A stretch of 64,000 bases of DNA from Escherichia phage RB32. The position numbers and the translations under genes are program-made. The stretch is from the sequence record NC_008515.1; one strand, 5' to 3'. The notes under the pieces are model-generated. The model was not told where the DNA came from and made no database searches. It saw nothing but the letters and a program-made list of their open reading frames with translations. Positions 56,117 through 64,000 of the stretch are shown in pieces (within the stretch, counting starts at the first letter, position 1; each line of letters begins with the position of its first letter).

Positions 56117-57663
56117 GTAATAATACATATCAGCACGTATCAAATGAATCAAAATATGTTAAATTCGATCCAGTAGGATCGAATTTTCCTGACACTGTTA
56201 CGACAGTGCAGTCTGCATTATCAAAAATAAGTAATATTGGCGTAAATGGTATTCCTGATGCAACTATGGAAGTTAAAGGAATAGCAATGATTGCGTCAGA
56301 GCAAGAGGTTTTAGATGGAACTAATAATTCTAAAATCGTTACACCCGCTACATTAGCAACAAGATTATTGTATCCAAATGCTACTGAAACTAAATATGGT
56401 TTAACACGCTATTCAACAAATGAAGAAACGTTAGAAGGCTCAGATAATAATTCATCAATAACACCACAAAAACTGAAATACCACACTGACGATGTGTTCC
56501 AAAATAGATATTCGTCTGAGTCGTCAAACGGGGTTATTAAAATATCATCTACACCTGCAGCTTTGGCTGGAGTTGATGATACTACGGCAATGACTCCATT
56601 AAAAACCCAAAAACTTGCAATAAAATTAATTTCACAAATAGCTCCTTCCGAAGATACTGCATCAGAATCTGTGAGAGGTGTAGTTCAATTATCTACTGTT
56701 GCGCAAACTCGTCAAGGAACTCTCCGCGAAGGATATGCAATTTCTCCGTATACCTTTATGAATTCTGTTGCAACACAAGAATATAAGGGTGTTATACGTT
56801 TAGGAACACAATCGGAAATTAACAGTAATTTAGGAGATGTTGCAGTAACAGGTGAAACATTAAATGGTCGAGGAGCTACTAGTTCTATGCGTGGAGTAGT
56901 TAAATTAACGACGCAAGCCGGTATTGCCCCCGAAGGTGATGGCTCTGGAGCATTAGCATGGAACGCAGATGTAATTAATACTCGCGGTGGACAAACTATT
57001 AACGGTTCTTTAAATTTAGACCATCTTACAGCAAATGGAATTTGGTCACGCGGCGGTATGTGGAAAAATGGCGATCAACCTGTTGCCACTGAAAGATATG
57101 CGTCCGAAAGGGTTCCAGTTGGAACTATTATGATGTTTGCGGGTGATTCTGCACCTCCAGGTTGGATTATGTGTCATGGTGGAACTGTGTCAGGAGACCA
57201 ATATCCTGATTATAGAAACACAGTTGGAGCAAGATTTGGTGGTGATTGGAATAACCCCGGCATTCCTGATATGAGAGGTCTTTTCGTTAGAGGAGCTGGA
57301 ACAGGCGGTCATATTTTAAATCAACGAGGACAAGATGGTTACGGGAAGGATAGACTTGGCGTAGGATGTGACGGAATGCATGTTGGTGGTGTCCAGGCAC
57401 AACAAATGTCATACCATAAACACGCTGGTGGATGGGGAGAATACCAAAGACATGAAGCTCCATTTGGCGCGTCCGTTTATCAAGGATATCTTGGAACTAG
57501 AAAATATTCCGACTGGGATAATGCTTCATACTTCACTAATGATGGATTTGAATTAGGTGGACCGAGAGATGCCCTTGGTACACTTAATCGTGAAGGATTA
57601 ATTGGTTATGAAACTAGACCATGGAATATATCATTAAACTATATTATTAAAATTCATTACTAA
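56113..57663 (+). CDS. 12: Short tail fibre protein gp12
   Basis: 516-aa ORF in the T4 gp12 position; repetitive beta-rich sequence. Confidence 0.9.
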   Translation: MSNNTYQHVSNESKYVKFDPVGSNFPDTVTTVQSALSKISNIGVNGIPDATMEVKGIAMIASEQEVLDGTNNSKIVTPATLATRLLYPNATETKYGLTRYSTNEETLEGSDNNSSITPQKLKYHTDDVFQNRYSSESSNGVIKISSTPAALAGVDDTTAMTPLKTQKLAIKLISQIAPSEDTASESVRGVVQLSTVAQTRQGTLREGYAISPYTFMNSVATQEYKGVIRLGTQSEINSNLGDVAVTGETLNGRGATSSMRGVVKLTTQAGIAPEGDGSGALAWNADVINTRGGQTINGSLNLDHLTANGIWSRGGMWKNGDQPVATERYASERVPVGTIMMFAGDSAPPGWIMCHGGTVSGDQYPDYRNTVGARFGGDWNNPGIPDMRGLFVRGAGTGGHILNQRGQDGYGKDRLGVGCDGMHVGGVQAQQMSYHKHAGGWGEYQRHEAPFGASVYQGYLGTRKYSDWDNASYFTNDGFELGGPRDALGTLNREGLIGYETRPWNISLNYIIKIHY

Positions 57664-57672
57664 GGATTACAA

Positions 57673-59130
57673 ATGATTGAATTAAAAGATTTACCTTTTG
57701 TTGATAGCGTTCCTGGCGAAGGTCAGGAACGTATTTCATGGATTAAAAATGGTGAAGAAATACTAGGAGCTAGTACTAAGTATGGAAACGATGGATCAAT
57801 GAATAGACCAACTGTTTCTGTGTTTAAAAACGTCGAGGTTCTTGATGAAAATGTGGGAATTCTTAAAACTGCCATTGAAACATCACAGAAAGATATTAAA
57901 ACAATTCAAGGAGTTTTAGATGTATCAGGAGATATAGAAGCACTATCGCAGATCAGTGTTAATAAAAATGACATATCAAATTTAAAGACACTTACTAATG
58001 AACACACTGATATATTAACTGGAACTAATAATACAGTTGACAAAATTATTGCTGATATAGGTCCATTTAATGATGAAGAAAATTCTGTTTATAGAACAAT
58101 TAGAAATGATTTATTGTGGATTAAACAGGAATTAGGACAATATTCTGGCCAAGATATTAACGGTCTTCCTGTTGTTGGTAATGCTAGCACAGGAATGAAA
58201 CACAGAATAATAACAAATAGTACATTATTATCTTCACAAGGCATTCGTTTAAGCGAATTAGAAAATAAATTTACTGAATCTGACGTAGGATCATTAACTG
58301 TTGAAGTTGGTAAATTACGTGATGAACTTGGTAATAAACCGGTAGATTTTGGACCAAATATTTATAATAGATTAAACACTATAGATGATAAACAAACTTT
58401 AATAAATTCTGATATAGCAGAAATTAAATCTTCTATTGGATACCCAGAAAATGTTTCTATAATAACAGAAATTAATAATAACAAAAGTAGCATTGAATCT
58501 ATTAATAATGAATTAAATCAGAGTGAAGGTGTTAAACAGCGCTTAACGGCTATTGAAACTTCTATAGGTTCAGATGATATTCCTTCTAGTATTAAAGGAA
58601 AAATTAAAAATCACACAACTTCTATTGAGTCTTTAAACGGAATTGTTGGTGAAAACACTTCGTCTGGTTTAAGAGCGAATGTTTCGTGGTTAAATCAAAT
58701 TGTTGGAACTGACTCCAGCGGAGGACAACCGTCTCCTTCTGGATCTCTATTAAATAAAGTTTCAGTGCTTGAAGGAGAAGTTTCAGTTTTAAACAATAAT
58801 GTTCAAAATATACAAGTTGAAATAGGAAATAATAGAACAGGAATTAAAGGTCAAGTTATTGAACTTACTTCACTTATAAATGGAAATAATCCTGACGGAT
58901 CAACTGTTGAAGAACGAGGATTAACTAATTCTGTAAAAACGAATGAAACCAACATTGCGGCAGTCACACATGAAGTAAATACAGCTAAAGACAATATATC
59001 CTCTTTACAGAGCAGCGTTCAAGCTCTACAAGAAGCAGGTTATATTCCTGAAGCTCCAAAAGATGGCCAAGCTTACGTTCGTAAAGACGGCGAATGGGTA
59101 CTACTTTCTACCTTTTTATCACCAGCATAA
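57673..59130 (+). CDS. wac: Fibritin (whisker, neck) Wac
   Basis: 485 aa; heptad coiled-coil body; C-terminal foldon [27 protein letters not shown]. Confidence 0.95.
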   Translation: MIELKDLPFVDSVPGEGQERISWIKNGEEILGASTKYGNDGSMNRPTVSVFKNVEVLDENVGILKTAIETSQKDIKTIQGVLDVSGDIEALSQISVNKNDISNLKTLTNEHTDILTGTNNTVDKIIADIGPFNDEENSVYRTIRNDLLWIKQELGQYSGQDINGLPVVGNASTGMKHRIITNSTLLSSQGIRLSELENKFTESDVGSLTVEVGKLRDELGNKPVDFGPNIYNRLNTIDDKQTLINSDIAEIKSSIGYPENVSIITEINNNKSSIESINNELNQSEGVKQRLTAIETSIGSDDIPSSIKGKIKNHTTSIESLNGIVGENTSSGLRANVSWLNQIVGTDSSGGQPSPSGSLLNKVSVLEGEVSVLNNNVQNIQVEIGNNRTGIKGQVIELTSLINGNNPDGSTVEERGLTNSVKTNETNIAAVTHEVNTAKDNISSLQSSVQALQEAGYIPEAPKDGQAYVRKDGEWVLLSTFLSPA

Positions 59131-59134
59131 CATG

Positions 59135-59150
59135 GGGGCCGCAAGGCCCC
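59135..59150 (+). terminator. Stem-loop (GNRA tetraloop) after wac
   Basis: GGGGCC-GCAA-GGCCCC; no strong U-run, so may act as a processing or stability element. Confidence 0.45.
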
Positions 59151-59162
59151 AAAGGATTTTAA

Positions 59163-60864
<1,702 letters not shown>

Positions 60865-60905
60865 TAAATATTATAAACTAATTAAAGCCCAGATTAGGAG
60901 AAATC

Positions 60906-64000
<3,095 letters not shown>

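Overview
This window is a contiguous segment of a T4-like (T-even, Tequatrovirus-type) myovirus genome. All identifications come from reading the six-frame translations against remembered T4 proteins and motifs; no database search was run, so protein names are recall-based and all coordinates are hand-counted.

Layout: positions 1-43467 are early/middle genes, essentially all on the minus strand: 46(partial)-47-a-gt-55-nrdH-nrdG-nrdD-49-nrdC, a hypervariable block of hypothetical genes, rI-tk, regB, lysozyme e-nudE, an eight-tRNA cluster with segB, internal-protein (IP) cassettes, 57B-57A-1-3-[HNH]-2-4. Positions 43515-64000 are late structural genes on the plus strand: 53, 5, 5.1, 5.4, 6-12, wac, 13-16 and the start of 17.

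Regulatory architecture is typical for T4: at least 14 minus-strand early promoters of the form GTTTAC-N18-TAnnAT, UUCG-tetraloop terminators, and TATAAATA late promoters.

The phage is not T4 itself: nrdD is one uninterrupted 605-codon ORF (no intron/I-TevII), an HNH endonuclease sits between genes 3 and 2, and a second GIY-YIG gene sits in the nrdC-tk region.

Most interesting candidates, none of which I can assign a function to with confidence:
- a tandem array of four diverged paralogs with conserved C-terminal coiled-coil tails (12728-16708);
- an adjacent P-loop ATPase plus Pol-beta-type nucleotidyltransferase pair (18847-20943);
- a macro-domain protein (25980-26447);
- five internal-protein genes carrying the capsid-targeting signal, in promoter/terminator-bounded cassettes;
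- a duplication of the 3' end of the gene next to 49 that creates a chimeric small ORF.

The known anti-CBASS gene 57B (Acb1) is present, and an Acb2-like gene is suspected by position only.
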